From: Candidatus Vogelbacteria bacterium
GTDB lineage: Bacteria > Patescibacteriota > Minisyncoccia > Phycocordibacterales > XYD1-FULL-46-19
Direction: 5' to 3'
Assembly (NCBI GenBank): GCA_903878275.1
Contig: CAIRHC010000007.1
Location: 8,727 to 72,726, forward strand
DNA: 64,000 bases
Shown here: piece by piece, positions 63,881 to 64,000 of the stretch
How the letters are laid out: each line of letters opens with the position of its first letter
How positions within the stretch are numbered: the first letter of the stretch is position 1
The notes under the pieces: generated by a model
The model's database searches: none
What the model was told of the DNA's origin: nothing
What the model saw: the letters and a program-made list of their open reading frames with translations, nothing else
Translations under genes and position numbers: made by a program

Positions 63881-64000
63881 ATGAAGAAGATGGCAGTAGT
63901 TGTCGCAGTGTCGTTGTTTGCTGTGGTGTTGGTTGGTTGTCCAAACGGAAATCTGGGCAGTGGTAATTTACCCACTCCGGAAGTCGGGACGAACCAACCA
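63881..64000 (+). CDS. Lipoprotein, N-terminal part (runs off window end)
   Basis: RBS AAAGGAGAAG; MKKMAVVVAVSLFAVVLVGCPNG signal peptide with LVGC lipobox; rpsS is not found after rplB. Confidence 0.55.
   Translation, partial: MKKMAVVVAVSLFAVVLVGCPNGNLGSGNLPTPEVGTNQP

Overview
The window is a 64 kb chromosomal segment that looks like a streamlined Patescibacteria/CPR-type genome; this lineage call is inference from gene content and organisation.

Housekeeping content: a tRNA cluster next to a CCA-adding enzyme gene, RNase Y, ClpP, a short trigger factor that appears to lack its PPIase domain, HU, an H+-pyrophosphatase, NusA, a type IV pilus locus (pilB, pilC, three pilin-like genes), tpiA, pgk, recJ flanked by an inverted duplication of a small GIY-YIG nuclease gene, rnhA, a two-ORF ComEC, rpmB, and a fragmented str/S10 ribosomal operon (rpsL-rpsG-fusA ... 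tuf-rpsJ ... rplC-rplD-rplW-rplB).

Accessory content is dense. There are many type II toxin-antitoxin modules: DinJ-YafQ, HicB-HicA, HEPN-MNT, Fic, and two MazF/EndoA-like toxins with no antitoxin. A 2376-aa secreted repeat protein sits with a small tandem-repeat protein and is bracketed by the two MazF-like genes. It is followed by a cassette-like array (30.9-34.3 kb) in which every gene is separated by a conserved ~130-bp repeat unit ending in a covarying terminator hairpin. Between fusA and tuf there is an insertion carrying an IS200/RAYT-like HUH transposase with three palindromic repeat copies.

The most unusual sequence-level signal is a family of structured modules behind the tRNA genes (four full copies: Arg, Leu, Pro-TGG, and the region after Pro-CGG). 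Each is an inverted copy of the tRNA T-arm, a GC-rich hairpin with compensatory base changes, a 55-nt near-identical core (in two copies), and a direct repeat of the tRNA 3' end. In one case this sits within a region where a complete tRNA-Pro(CGG) is nested between the two halves of a second, Pro-like tRNA gene.

Two reading frames are broken inside homopolymer runs: the second GIY-YIG copy at an A9 run and a bPH_2-like ORF pair at a T9 run. These are either authentic pseudogenes or indel errors. No CRISPR array, rRNA, tmRNA, RNase P RNA or SRP RNA could be recognised by eye.
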